A DNA stretch of 64,000 nucleotides, from IMG/VR virus record IMGVR_UViG_3300045988_098930, one strand, 5' to 3'. Position 1 is the stretch's first letter, and each line of letters opens with the position of its first letter. Source of the DNA: a virus. The notes beneath the pieces are model-generated. The model did not search any database. It was not told the DNA's origin and saw only the letters and a list, made by a program, of their open reading frames with translations. Shown here piece by piece: positions 36,038 through 46,595 of this stretch. A program made the position numbers and the translations under genes.

Positions 36038-36185
36038 CGGCCAATTCCTCTAAAACACCCATTGCTTCAGCAAATATAAAACCCATTGCCATGCCGTGAA
36101 GGTCGCCATGTATCCCCATATAACAGCCCACTATACGAGTCAAAGACTTAGCTATGGAAATCCAGAAATGTCCTTTACTGTTCAT
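36027..36185 (-). CDS. small hypothetical protein (52 aa)
   Basis: ATG 36185. MNSKGHFWISIAKSLTRIVG... Overlaps neighbouring genes at both ends. Below the track cutoff. Confidence 0.35.
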   Translation of the reverse strand: MNSKGHFWISIAKSLTRIVGCYMGIHGDLHGMAMGFIFAEAMGVLEELADER

Positions 36186-36342
36186 TGTTGGTGCGTTTGA
36201 CCTCTCTTTCCAGCAATAGTTTGACCGCCTTACATATCCACCAAATTAGGTTGTTCTGCCACATATCGCGGGTGGTTTGGGTATGCATCATACCCTGCTC
36301 CATCGCTTCCGCGCACTCTATCATCTGTTCTCTTTTTGTCAT
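36175..36342 (-). CDS. small hypothetical protein (55 aa)
   Basis: ATGA overlap with the upstream stop. MTKREQMIECAEAMEQG... Confidence 0.35.
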   Translation of the reverse strand: MTKREQMIECAEAMEQGMMHTQTTRDMWQNNLIWWICKAVKLLLEREVKRTNNEQ

Positions 36343-36605
36343 ACTTCAATTACAAAATCGTCCTCGCTGAGTAACACTTTGCGCACTTCGTCCTCGGTGC
36401 AAATATTTGTGTCTTTAATGATGTCCGCTAATGTGTCTTTTTCGTCTGCGTCAATCGCATTTACCTCTATCTCACCCGTAGTCCAAAAAGACACCACTGC
36501 GTATGCGTCAGCAATGAAATGCACACCAGCCGATGTGACCCAGCCGTAAGTGTTATGCCATAATGTGTTAAGTTGGTCTTTAGGGGCCGCTGAAAATCTA
36601 ACCAT
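36339..36605 (-). CDS. hypothetical protein
   Basis: ATG 36605 after TAGGAGGA, in frame with track ORF 36339..36677. Confidence 0.5.
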   Translation of the reverse strand: MVRFSAAPKDQLNTLWHNTYGWVTSAGVHFIADAYAVVSFWTTGEIEVNAIDADEKDTLADIIKDTNICTEDEVRKVLLSEDDFVIEV

Positions 36606-36770
36606 TACTTGTCCTCCTATCAGAAAAATTGTGTCTTTGCTTGCAGTTATATAGTGTGTTATAATGAGTGATAGCACTTTGCAGTATGTGCATGATGACT
36701 GCCGTAGTGCAACAAATATCGTTGTTAAGTTACATCGAAGTTGGAGGAAAACACATTGTATTGTGTTGGG

Positions 36771-37307
36771 TTACACCTCATTGCCCCAGCAGTCCCAGTC
36801 ATCATGCGACTCACGAGCAAACAGCTCTATGCGCGGGGCGTAACTTACAATTTCTATCATTTCTCGCATTTGTATAGGTTTGCGACTGTGTATTGTTTTC
36901 GGCTCGTAGAATCCTGTCACACCTTGACAACGCTTATCGCCATCTATTTTGTACGGTAGACGCTTCTTTGTGGTAGCAAACAAACAATGCTCTGTTATTC
37001 CACGGTAATATTGACCAAGACCTACTTTGTCCTTCATCCATGTAATTGTGGTGATATATTCAAATCCCCACGCCTTGATACATTCAAACGCTGCCGGTAA
37101 ATAGTTGTTGGTAGCCCATAGATACAAATGGCATCCTTCAGGGTCGGCCAGGTCGCCTACGGGCAATGCCATAATCTCCTTTACTGACATCAATGGGTAG
37201 TGACGGTCTGCACCGCGCTTGATTCTGCCACCCCCCTGTTCAGGCCAAGGAGGGTCGATATAAATAGTCCTATATTTGCCTTGCGGAAAATTAACTACTG
37301 CTATAAT
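36771..37307 (-). CDS. MT-A70-family N6-adenine DNA methyltransferase
   Basis: IYIDPPWPEQGGG...HYPLMSVKEIMALPV, then LWATNNYL...EHCLFAT..IHSRKP. The DPPW motif lies upstream of the first ATG (37193). The frame opens at ATT 37307, so the start codon is uncertain. Confidence 0.7.
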   Translation of the reverse strand: MIAVVNFPQGKYRTIYIDPPWPEQGGGRIKRGADRHYPLMSVKEIMALPVGDLADPEGCHLYLWATNNYLPAAFECIKAWGFEYITTITWMKDKVGLGQYYRGITEHCLFATTKKRLPYKIDGDKRCQGVTGFYEPKTIHSRKPIQMREMIEIVSYAPRIELFARESHDDWDCWGNEV

Positions 37308-40300
37308 TCAACACCGCCTTTGATTTGATATGTTGTTATCCACGGTTCTTTTGTGTCCAACAATTTGCACCACTTGCCATCAATCATCTGCGATTTAGGC
37401 TGCCAAGCAAATTGGCCTGTTCGTATAATTGCACCTCGATTAAATGGGTTGGCTTGGTAGGTGTTGGTATATGTTTTGACTACTTGTATCTCGCCGGTAT
37501 CCAAACTGTATAATTTAATTTTCGGTGAATATTTCGTGCTTAAATCCAGCACTAAGTAATGACCTTTAAGCCGTGGATCTTGATAAGTGATATAACCCTG
37601 ATATTTAAGCTGTGTGGTTAATATTTGAGAGACTGGCAACGGCGATGTGGCAAGTTGCTGACACACCAAAGAGAACAATTTGTCATGGTCAAGAATCTTA
37701 TATTTTTTAGCGGTTTCCTTGCTACATTGTTTCAACAAATCTTCTGCGAAGGGCAGTTTGTCTTTCTTGACCTCTTTAACGCTATAAACATTTTGGTATG
37801 CTGTCCATACATCCATCAAATATCCACTCTCACCGAACTCAGTAAAAAAGCCCAACGCTATCAATGTTTCAAATTGAGTTTTATTGATCGCTGTATGTTC
37901 TCGTTGTTTGATTACATCTATAAAAGTATCAGCACATATCGACTGCAACCCCGTGGCTACTATATCACCGAAGCCGCTAAGAGTAGTAATGCCCAAATAC
38001 ACGATGCCATCACGGCACGTTGTATCAGCCTGAATACGCCGCCAGTTGTCAAACGTCAAGGTCAATCCCATACGCTTGGCTTCCGTGATGGCTATGACAA
38101 TATCTTTTAACGACCCCTTATAGGAATTGATATATGCCGTCATGCATTCAGCGGGATAATGTACCTTCAGATACATGGTAATATATGCCGTCAAAGCGTA
38201 AGCATAAGCATGGGCTTTATTGAAAGAGTATTTAGCGAAGTCCAGTATGTCAGTCCACAGTTGGTCTACTTGTTCTTGCGACCAGCCACGTTGCATTAAG
38301 CCGTTTTTCATCTCCGGCTCAATTTTAGCCATCAACTGAGGTTTCTTCTTTGCCGTAGCTTTACGCAATTCATCGGGGTTGTTCAACCCCGCCAAACGTC
38401 CTATATCAATAAGCTGCTCTTGGAACACGATAATGCCGTAGGTGGGTTGAAGGATGGATTGTAAATCTGGATGAATGTATGTGACCTGTTCTTCGCCATG
38501 TTTGCGCCGCACGTAATTAGATATATACTGCATTGCACCGGGGCGATATAACGCATTAGCTACGCCCAAATCATCAATGTTGTCGCACTGCATATCGCGC
38601 AAGACGCCACGCATACCAGTAGACGAAAACTGAAATATCAATTCTGTGTGGCCCTGCTTGAACTCGTTCCACACCGCAGCATCATGGAGGTCAATATTAC
38701 GAGGCGAAATATCCTCATACGACTTACCAATCATGTCCAGTACATCCCACATCACATCCACTGTGCGTAGTCCTAAGAAGTCAACCTTAACCAACCCCAA
38801 ATCGTCAGCGGTGTGCATATCTCCTTGTAATACCCATGCGTCTGCATTTTCCGAATATTCCAAGGCATTGTAGTAATCGGCTGGTTGTGTACTGATCAAA
38901 CGCCCACAAGGGTGGATGCCGAACGACTTGGGCAAACCTGCAATGTGTTGTGCATAATCCAATAATTCGGGATACTGGTCTTTGTAACAGTCCAATAGCC
39001 CTAATTCAATGACCTCTTTGATGCTTTCGTCACCTATACGCGAGGTCATTTCATTAGTCACCTCAAAGGGGATGCCCAACACTCTGCCAATATCTTTAAT
39101 TGCACCCTTAGCCCATAAATACCCAAACTGCCCCAGACAGGCTACATTGCTTTCACCGTACTTGCCGATGATATATTGCATGATATGTTCGCGTTCCAGT
39201 TTACCAAAATCGCTGTCCACATCAGGGATTTTGAGTTCAGCCTTAGTAATAGAACCATTAGCCAGCAAGTCTAATGCTCCTACATCAATAAAACGCTCAA
39301 AATATAAGCCATATTGGATAGGGTCGATGTCTACTATGTTCATTAAATAAGCCAGCAGGGAACCACCTGCGGACCCACGAGCAATACCACGTCGTTTGGC
39401 GTGGGACAAGTAATCATCCACCAGCAGGTAGTAACCTTCAAACCCCATTTTTTCAACAGCGTTCATCTCATATAACGCACGCTGTTTGTACATTTGTTGC
39501 ACATCGGCAGGCAGTTTGTCGAGACCCTTTGCTTTGTAACCATCATTGCATAGCTTTTTCATGTATGCGATTTCGGTTTTATAAGGAGCGGGCACTTTGT
39601 TGTGCGGGATAATAGGCGCAGACAACGGATATTCAGCCGTGCATTTGTCTGCAATTTCCTGTGTGGCAGCAATAGCTTGAGCGTTGTATGCCTGTGTGCT
39701 TTCGCATATTCGTAATACATCAGCTTCGCTTTGTACGTAGCAGTCTTGATATGTTTCGCCTACATCTCGCTTTTGATTGATCTGGATAAAAATGGTGTGG
39801 TACTTTTGATCTGCCGGAGTCAAATAATGGCAATCGCAAGTGACCACATATTTTATGCCCAATTCATTGGCAATGTCCACCAGTTGAGCATTATAGCGTT
39901 GTTGCTCAGGATTACTATGAGACTGATACTCAATATAATAATCGTCGCCAAACAAGAATTTGTACTTATAGGCTATCTGTTTAGCCTGCAAAAGACTACC
40001 TGCTTGCAGAGCGCGTGTCAACTCCCCTGCCATGCAAGCGGACAGGCAAATTAAACCTTCGTGGTGTTGCGTGAGCAAATCAAAGTCGATACGTGGCTTG
40101 CCTTTATATTTGTGGCGAGTAGAATCACTGACTATCTTTTGCAGATTCAGCCTGCCGGTTTCATTTTTAGCTAACAGGATAAGGTGATATGCCTGCCCTG
40201 TCTCAAACCGATTCTCGCAAATATAACATTCACAACCAATAATTAACTTCTTGCCATGCTGCTTTAACATTTTGTACAGTTCACAACAACCATACATATT

Positions 40301-40429
40301 GCCATGATCAGTGATGGCTACTGTATCCATACCCAATTCATCCAACTTGGTAATTAAATCGTCCAGTTGAATAGTGCTGTCTAATAGGCTGTACTTAGTG
40401 TGTAGATGCAGATGAACCATATTATTCAC
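37301..40429 (-). CDS. dnaE: DNA polymerase III alpha subunit (DnaE-type)
   Basis: 1042 aa. N-terminal PHP domain HLHLHTKYSLLDS..AITDHGNMYG. Pol III alpha core and C-terminal OB-like region. Confidence 0.9.
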   Translation of the reverse strand: MNNMVHLHLHTKYSLLDSTIQLDDLITKLDELGMDTVAITDHGNMYGCCELYKMLKQHGKKLIIGCECYICENRFETGQAYHLILLAKNETGRLNLQKIVSDSTRHKYKGKPRIDFDLLTQHHEGLICLSACMAGELTRALQAGSLLQAKQIAYKYKFLFGDDYYIEYQSHSNPEQQRYNAQLVDIANELGIKYVVTCDCHYLTPADQKYHTIFIQINQKRDVGETYQDCYVQSEADVLRICESTQAYNAQAIAATQEIADKCTAEYPLSAPIIPHNKVPAPYKTEIAYMKKLCNDGYKAKGLDKLPADVQQMYKQRALYEMNAVEKMGFEGYYLLVDDYLSHAKRRGIARGSAGGSLLAYLMNIVDIDPIQYGLYFERFIDVGALDLLANGSITKAELKIPDVDSDFGKLEREHIMQYIIGKYGESNVACLGQFGYLWAKGAIKDIGRVLGIPFEVTNEMTSRIGDESIKEVIELGLLDCYKDQYPELLDYAQHIAGLPKSFGIHPCGRLISTQPADYYNALEYSENADAWVLQGDMHTADDLGLVKVDFLGLRTVDVMWDVLDMIGKSYEDISPRNIDLHDAAVWNEFKQGHTELIFQFSSTGMRGVLRDMQCDNIDDLGVANALYRPGAMQYISNYVRRKHGEEQVTYIHPDLQSILQPTYGIIVFQEQLIDIGRLAGLNNPDELRKATAKKKPQLMAKIEPEMKNGLMQRGWSQEQVDQLWTDILDFAKYSFNKAHAYAYALTAYITMYLKVHYPAECMTAYINSYKGSLKDIVIAITEAKRMGLTLTFDNWRRIQADTTCRDGIVYLGITTLSGFGDIVATGLQSICADTFIDVIKQREHTAINKTQFETLIALGFFTEFGESGYLMDVWTAYQNVYSVKEVKKDKLPFAEDLLKQCSKETAKKYKILDHDKLFSLVCQQLATSPLPVSQILTTQLKYQGYITYQDPRLKGHYLVLDLSTKYSPKIKLYSLDTGEIQVVKTYTNTYQANPFNRGAIIRTGQFAWQPKSQMIDGKWCKLLDTKEPWITTYQIKGGVEL

Positions 40430-41219
40430 TCAAGCACTTGTTACAATGGCTACATAATTGCTTACAGAAGAAAGACTTCTGCGGATTTTCGCCCATCTCC
40501 CAAGTATCAATGTCATCCGGGTCTCTGGCGTCTATCTCCGTAATGATATTGTTGACCCAATCATAAAGTTCCTGTCGGCACGTTGCGGTGTACTCCATCG
40601 GCACAAACCCCTCGGTGTACTCGGTGTCTATTTTTAATTCATTGCGCGGTTTAAGAGTTTTACCCACTTTGGCGTATTTCATCATATCGTAGCGAATGAT
40701 GATTTGATCGTCTGGGTAATAACGAGATAGTGCTTCCGCATAAATGAACAACTGCATTTTTTTATGCTCAAGGTCAGCGGCAGAAAATTTACTGCTGGTC
40801 TTATAGTCGGTAATGGTGATCGCACCATCTTCCCTGCACCACTTATCAATAAAACCCCAAATCACAGCGCCGCCGATTTCCACTGCAAACACATCTTCAA
40901 TATGCTGATTGGCGGCTTGCGATGCTTCGTGGAATTGCAGATAATGCAATACGCAGTTGATATAGGTTTCCTGTGATTTAGGTGTTATCCACGTCAGACC
41001 CAGCATATCAGCGTTTTCTACTTCTTCCTTAAATCGCTCAACCGCCTTTTCATTGGTTGTATGGCCTTGGTCTATCGCTTCCGCAAGATCGTGTGCTACG
41101 CTGCCAAGATAGGTGTATACGGATTCGCCACCACGTATACCTTTAATGTATGTCCAATAGTAATTGCGAGGGCAACTTGTAAAGGTGTCTAACTTAGAAT
41201 ATGAAAACAACTGTGACAA
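40422..41219 (-). CDS. PD-(D/E)XK nuclease, Cas4/RecB-like with Fe-S cysteines
   Basis: N-terminal Cys (FTSCPRNYY), ITDYKTS (D/ExK), QLFIYAEAL (QxxxY), C-terminal CKQLCSHCNKC. Confidence 0.65.
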   Translation of the reverse strand: MSQLFSYSKLDTFTSCPRNYYWTYIKGIRGGESVYTYLGSVAHDLAEAIDQGHTTNEKAVERFKEEVENADMLGLTWITPKSQETYINCVLHYLQFHEASQAANQHIEDVFAVEIGGAVIWGFIDKWCREDGAITITDYKTSSKFSAADLEHKKMQLFIYAEALSRYYPDDQIIIRYDMMKYAKVGKTLKPRNELKIDTEYTEGFVPMEYTATCRQELYDWVNNIITEIDARDPDDIDTWEMGENPQKSFFCKQLCSHCNKCLSE

Positions 41220-42206
41220 TCAATCACCCCATTCTATTTCAGTTTTGATAATTTGTTCTAAACGCTCTACACCTAAATCAGTAGGTGATGCTTTATCAAG
41301 GTCGTGATATTTACGCCAATCCCACCAGCCAATCTGTATGTCTAACAGCCGCGTATAACTCATTAGTTTGCGTGCATTAAGCTCTGTGATGGTCCAATCC
41401 AGCCCCACGTCCGGCAGTAGCACCATGCGCTTTGGCAATAACTCCACCATGAGTTTGCATTGTTTGTCGCTCACACGATTGCCGCCTAAACCAACAAAAT
41501 TGTAATACCCATAACCCCACGCTTGCATCACCGCCTTTTCGCTCTCACAAATATAAATGGTGTCGTTTACCAGATGCCGATAGTTATGGGCAAAACCATA
41601 CAAGGTTTCACTGCATCGACATGGCGTGAGATACAGATACTTCGGCTCGTCATCTGCTATGTCCCAATTAGCACGGCCCTTAACACCCATCAATTCGCCT
41701 GAGCTGCTGTATATTGGTATAATAATGCGTTGAGAGTCAGGGTCGTAGCGAATATCAAACTCGTTTTGGGCTGAAATGGAAATATTGTCATCAAGAAACC
41801 GTTTAGCGAATATTTGTGGATACGGATTCAAAATAGCAGCGTCATATATCTGCGGAGGCGCAGATGAACTGCGTTTACGAGTGAGCTTATCAAACGCCCC
41901 CGCAAATATACTACTACGTTGGCTAATGCCATAATCATCAATATTCAGTTCTCGCTTGATAAAAGAGATTACAGAGCGGAAATTAGTGTCCTTGGCGCGG
42001 ATTATAAAGGAGAATAACTCACCGGAATAAGCATCCGAAAAATCATTGACATATAAATATGGGTTGTTATCTAAGCGTATGCGAATAGATGTTTTGTTGC
42101 GATAGTCATCATGCCCGCATCGTATCTCATTTCCGCGATTCTCGATGTGAGAAAACCCGAAATGTGATAATGTGCGTTCAATAACCGTTGGATGCGTGAG
42201 AAGCAT
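41220..42206 (-). CDS. DnaG-like (TOPRIM) primase
   Basis: ICESEKAVMQAW (Toprim Glu) and LLPDVGLD (DxD). Sits between the helicase and the nuclease. Confidence 0.6.
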   Translation of the reverse strand: MLLTHPTVIERTLSHFGFSHIENRGNEIRCGHDDYRNKTSIRIRLDNNPYLYVNDFSDAYSGELFSFIIRAKDTNFRSVISFIKRELNIDDYGISQRSSIFAGAFDKLTRKRSSSAPPQIYDAAILNPYPQIFAKRFLDDNISISAQNEFDIRYDPDSQRIIIPIYSSSGELMGVKGRANWDIADDEPKYLYLTPCRCSETLYGFAHNYRHLVNDTIYICESEKAVMQAWGYGYYNFVGLGGNRVSDKQCKLMVELLPKRMVLLPDVGLDWTITELNARKLMSYTRLLDIQIGWWDWRKYHDLDKASPTDLGVERLEQIIKTEIEWGD

Positions 42207-42245
42207 CTCTCTAACTTCTTGGAGAATGTCACATCACCATCCCCC

Positions 42246-43793
42246 TTATATCGTTCCATGCTTGGGACGGCAGAGACAAGATTCCGAGAAACAACAATAC
42301 TGGCCTCGGAATTTGAGCATATACGCAACTCCATCACCAGCAGAATCCTGACCGTTGCGGTTTTTATCCACAAAGAGTACACGCCACACTGCCGTAGGGT
42401 CACACTCAAATTCTTCTTCTACCCACTTACCGTTCTTCTGCACACGACGAAATGGGCGAATATAAACCTTCTTATTATCGGGATCAAGTTCCTCTTGGTA
42501 CACAGAACGCATGAGCATCAAAGTTTCACAAGTTTCTTTGACCTGCTTGCTCATGGACAATGTAGAAGCATCTAACCACAATCGACCCTGCATAGCGATA
42601 CTAAGCTGCATAGATGCCAGCATGATAATATTAAACCGTTTTGCCAGTTTATCAAATTCTCGACTATCCTTAATCAGCCGCACCCACTCTTTGTCATCTT
42701 TGGTGTCAGAGAAATCGCACTTCATTGTGTCATATAGTACAGTATCGAACCCGAAACGCAGCACATATTCGCGGATTTTCTTCTTTACAAAAGTCATATC
42801 CGCATCAGGAATGGCGATAAATTTGAGTTTTCCTTTATAGGTTTTATCCCAATAATCCTGCACAACCTTAATCATGCGCTTATCTTCCTCGGAAATGTTG
42901 CCGTTCAACATATCTTTACGAGTAATCTTCATGTAGTGGAACCGCTTGTACAGCAACCACACAATAACTGCCACCTTAAACACTTTGCATTTTTGCTCAT
43001 TGCTGATAATCAAGACTTTGCGGCCCCGATACAGTAAACCCATGATAATTGTAATCCAAATGGAACTCTTGCCGACAGAGCTAAAGCCACCAAGAATGTT
43101 GAATGTGCCGTCCATAAAACCGTTTAGCTGGTTGGAGAGGAACGGCAAGCATCGCACTTCCTCTCCGTTAATGTCGTCATCAAACCTGTCAAATGGCACG
43201 CCCGTTTCTAATCCGGCACAACAGTCTTCAATGAACTGATCGTCAAACTCTATATCTTCCTCCTCAAGAGCCTTAGACGAATAGCCAGTTCCAAATGTAC
43301 TGAGGCGAGATTCGTACCACTCCAACACGCCTTCGCTATCCAGTTTTTTAAACAACTCATACGGCACAATCGTTTTGCCGCTGTCAGTAATTGGCGAAAT
43401 AACATTGAACCCGTTGTCATAAAGTTTGAGAACGATGTTGGCCTTATATAACGAATCCAATAGTGCATCCCAATTCTTGGCGTTGACCACTTCGACCAGA
43501 TTGTGCAGAGTCTCGTAGCCGCCTCGCTCGTTGAATCCGGTTTCCATAGTATCGGTAATGTTGGATAAGACCGATAATTCATCTAAGACTGCAATGCCCT
43601 GCGCTCGTATATGTTTGAGCAATGCAAAATAATATGTGCCATCCTGTGTAATGAAATCATTCACCGTCAAGCCACACTCGTCTAATAAGAGCAAATCTTT
43701 GGCAATGCAGGCAATTACAGAACCCTCAATGGTCTGTCTGCCTTCCAGCAGTTCTTTAGGGTATTTTTCACATCCGCTGATAAACTTGCCCAT
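42246..43793 (-). CDS. DnaB-like replicative helicase
   Basis: N-terminal DnaB-like helical domain. Walker A GGFSSVGKSS. RecA-like C-terminal half. 515 aa. Confidence 0.75.
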   Translation of the reverse strand: MGKFISGCEKYPKELLEGRQTIEGSVIACIAKDLLLLDECGLTVNDFITQDGTYYFALLKHIRAQGIAVLDELSVLSNITDTMETGFNERGGYETLHNLVEVVNAKNWDALLDSLYKANIVLKLYDNGFNVISPITDSGKTIVPYELFKKLDSEGVLEWYESRLSTFGTGYSSKALEEEDIEFDDQFIEDCCAGLETGVPFDRFDDDINGEEVRCLPFLSNQLNGFMDGTFNILGGFSSVGKSSIWITIIMGLLYRGRKVLIISNEQKCKVFKVAVIVWLLYKRFHYMKITRKDMLNGNISEEDKRMIKVVQDYWDKTYKGKLKFIAIPDADMTFVKKKIREYVLRFGFDTVLYDTMKCDFSDTKDDKEWVRLIKDSREFDKLAKRFNIIMLASMQLSIAMQGRLWLDASTLSMSKQVKETCETLMLMRSVYQEELDPDNKKVYIRPFRRVQKNGKWVEEEFECDPTAVWRVLFVDKNRNGQDSAGDGVAYMLKFRGQYCCFSESCLCRPKHGTI

Positions 43794-43802
43794 AATGCAC
43801 TC

Positions 43803-44282
43803 CTATTCTATTGTTGCAAAACCTTGACGTTGTTTGGACGCTTGGTAGTGATGGCTGGAAAACTCAAATTCTGTGGCTTTATCAGGTATTACCTTTTGTT
43901 TAAGTATAAAGCTGGCCATATTGTTCCGTATGATTGCCATAAAGTATCTAATCTGCGCATATTCGGACACAAAATCCTTGGCCATGGATTTGCTCAAGTA
44001 TGCTTTATTTTCTGTAATGTACTGAGACAACAGAGGGTAGTCATATTTAATGGCTACCTCCTGCATTTCTTTGTACAAAATTGAATTAGTAACATTGTAT
44101 CCAAAGACCTCATTAACAAGCTGGTATAATCTATCCTTGTTGTCTGAAACCTTCTTTTTTGCTTGTTGCCAATCAGTAAATTCGGCTAAATTACAGTAAT
44201 ATTGATTGACTTTACCAGTAACCACCTTGTAGGCGGTGGCTCGGTCTATTTTAGCTCCGCAGGCTCGGCACTTGACTAACAT
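43803..44282 (-). CDS. hypothetical Zn-ribbon protein (replication module)
   Basis: MLVKCRACGAKIDRATAY...YYCN. 159 aa. Confidence 0.45.
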   Translation of the reverse strand: MLVKCRACGAKIDRATAYKVVTGKVNQYYCNLAEFTDWQQAKKKVSDNKDRLYQLVNEVFGYNVTNSILYKEMQEVAIKYDYPLLSQYITENKAYLSKSMAKDFVSEYAQIRYFMAIIRNNMASFILKQKVIPDKATEFEFSSHHYQASKQRQGFATIE

Positions 44283-45364
44283 CAGTCAAGCATCCCGTTG
44301 ATTTCCTGAAGCACCTCAACTGCTATGTCTTCGCCCAGAGACTCGTGACCATGCTCCTGCAAGGTGTGCTTAATCGCCAGCTTCGTGTCACGAGAAGCCG
44401 CCTTAAAGCGATTGAGTATGTTCTTTTTCAGGACCTCCACATCTATTTCATCGGTCTCCACAGGTTCAGGCGCACCCGACACTTCAATGGGCGTGGGAGC
44501 GACTACGTGCTCCGACTTAGACTGCTCCATGCCGCGCTCGATAGTGGCGATAAACTTTTTAGCCATATTGGGTTCATCAAACACCAAATACTCTGGCACA
44601 GCGCCAGCGGCAAAACGCCCTCCGGCATCTATCAGATTAGTGCCACGGAAGTACAGCTTGCGGATTGCATCAGTAGCGTGCCGTCTGGTCTTCTTCTGAC
44701 CGCCGATGTCTATTTCTTCTTCTTCCAGTTCGCGGTCAATGATGCCAGTCAGCGTCATGTCAAAAATGTCGCCAAGTATGGCCTCATAGTTTGCCACCAG
44801 ATTAGAAGTGAGCTGCATATAACCATCAGTCATATCGCCCTTCTGCTTAATGTTCTTATACTTAGTGTGCGCAATGGCCCACAGCGTAAAACCAGCCTTA
44901 TCAAGATCGCTCATATAATTCTTAACCATGCTGGCAGTTTCTTCAACACCACGATTATAGCCACCGTATGCTGCCTTAATGGAAGTACAGAGCTTGGCGG
45001 GTTTTTCCTCAACATTGTACTTGCGAATAACTTCTGCCTCAAAAATGGGGAACAGTTCATCGCAGGTATCAAAGCCTATAATCTCAATATGATGTTCACT
45101 GCCCTTGGTAGTGATTAGCCACTGCTTGAGTTCCATAAATTCTTTATAGGTATCAACGTGAACACGATTCAAATTGTCCAGCAGTTTATCGCCACGTTCT
45201 TTGCCAATGGAGATCAGCAGACCATACGAAGGGTCGTTGTATTTTTCCATGATAACGTCGCGGAACAGAGTGGATTTACCAAACTTTTTGATTGTGCGTA
45301 TATATATTGACAGGTCTCTAATATCAGTAGAAATGCTATTGATGTTGGGCTTACAAAACGCCAT
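44282..45364 (-). CDS. Sak4/AAA_24-like RecA-fold ATPase
   Basis: Walker A-like KKFGKSTLF near the N-terminus. Typical position next to an SSB-like gene. Confidence 0.55.
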   Translation of the reverse strand: MAFCKPNINSISTDIRDLSIYIRTIKKFGKSTLFRDVIMEKYNDPSYGLLISIGKERGDKLLDNLNRVHVDTYKEFMELKQWLITTKGSEHHIEIIGFDTCDELFPIFEAEVIRKYNVEEKPAKLCTSIKAAYGGYNRGVEETASMVKNYMSDLDKAGFTLWAIAHTKYKNIKQKGDMTDGYMQLTSNLVANYEAILGDIFDMTLTGIIDRELEEEEIDIGGQKKTRRHATDAIRKLYFRGTNLIDAGGRFAAGAVPEYLVFDEPNMAKKFIATIERGMEQSKSEHVVAPTPIEVSGAPEPVETDEIDVEVLKKNILNRFKAASRDTKLAIKHTLQEHGHESLGEDIAVEVLQEINGMLD

Positions 45365-45375
45365 TTAAATCCTCC

Positions 45376-46581
45376 TTAAATTATAATATCGTCCTCATCG
45401 TCGGTAAACAGTTCATTCGCCAGTGCTTCAGTGTCTACCTTATTCAGAGGAGGCAGTACAAAATCTTCTTCGTGATAGGCAGTCAACCTTGCGCCACTCA
45501 GCCAGCCACGAGCAAAGCCGGTGATAACAAATTCACGTATGCGGTCTCCGTAGACCTGCTTGCCGCGATCACGCACCAGCTCATCCATCGTCACAGCGCC
45601 AATCATCAGCAGTTCCTTTTCATTGTCACTGAGCATATCTTCCGTTAGTTCCAGTCGCTCGGCCCCGTCTACGCACTCCACCTTAACCGCTAATTCCTTG
45701 CAAATGTTGCCATCGACAGGATTGATGGTGAAATTCTTTTTAAGCAGTTCCGCATAAGCCTTGCTCTTAGCGTCTGTGCCAACCGGCAGAGTCAGCATAA
45801 TGGGGCAAGGAATCTTTTGCTTGCGCTGAGAGTCGTAATCAAAAGTATATCCGTTGATGTAATACTTACCCTTTTCCTCCACACTGCCGTCATCAACTGC
45901 ATTTTGACCAAAGTTTAGGGTGATGACCGCCTCGGTGTCGTACTCGGCATCTGCCGCCGCACGCATAATGCGCGTAACTTCATAATGCTGATAGAACTTA
46001 CCCTCATACTCAGTCATCACCAGATTGCCAGACACCCTGCACTTCAGATTTTTTACCGCCTCATTATTCAGCAGTTTATATACAAAAGCGGCAAAGTCCC
46101 ATTCGGATAAGAACTCATGCCGCTTGGCCTTACTCTTTTCCAGTGCCGCTTGAGCAGCTTCCAGACTGTCCACTTTGGCTTCAGCTAAGGTCTCATCGGT
46201 TACTTCGCCGTCCTCTACAATACGCTGAAGCAGTTTACGTTTGCCCATTTCTTCAAGGTCAACAATGAATTTGCGGAAAGGTGCTACTTGGTCGATGTTG
46301 CTCTGCAAAGTGCGGTCTTTCCACGGTATTTCAATCGGTTCACCCTTAACGCGCTTACCTGCGTCATCAACTGTGCCAGGGGCGCATGTTTTAATTGTGC
46401 CATGGCCATCTTCCCAACTACCACCTTTGATTTCACACATGATGCGGTTTGTACCGGCAACGGCGTTGAACTTGAGAGTGCGGTTAATCCAACCGCTATT
46501 AAACTTCTTTTCCTCGTAGGGTTTAAACTTATCGGTCTCTTTACCAAGTGCAATGTTGGCAATAAAGCTAAAAGTGTTCAA
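45376..46581 (-). CDS. hypothetical protein, possible ssDNA-binding protein
   Basis: 401 aa. Acidic C-terminal tip FTDDEDDIII resembles SSB tails. Adjacent to the Sak4-like ATPase. No motif certainty. Confidence 0.4.
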   Translation of the reverse strand: MNTFSFIANIALGKETDKFKPYEEKKFNSGWINRTLKFNAVAGTNRIMCEIKGGSWEDGHGTIKTCAPGTVDDAGKRVKGEPIEIPWKDRTLQSNIDQVAPFRKFIVDLEEMGKRKLLQRIVEDGEVTDETLAEAKVDSLEAAQAALEKSKAKRHEFLSEWDFAAFVYKLLNNEAVKNLKCRVSGNLVMTEYEGKFYQHYEVTRIMRAAADAEYDTEAVITLNFGQNAVDDGSVEEKGKYYINGYTFDYDSQRKQKIPCPIMLTLPVGTDAKSKAYAELLKKNFTINPVDGNICKELAVKVECVDGAERLELTEDMLSDNEKELLMIGAVTMDELVRDRGKQVYGDRIREFVITGFARGWLSGARLTAYHEEDFVLPPLNKVDTEALANELFTDDEDDIII

Positions 46582-46595
46582 TCAAATACCTCCTG

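Noticed and set aside
37301-37320. A DnaE-methyltransferase fusion by -1 frameshifting at the dnaE stop.
   Set aside because: The methylase frame contains a TGA within the last dnaE codons, and there is no slippery sequence after it. A non-canonical start is the simpler explanation.
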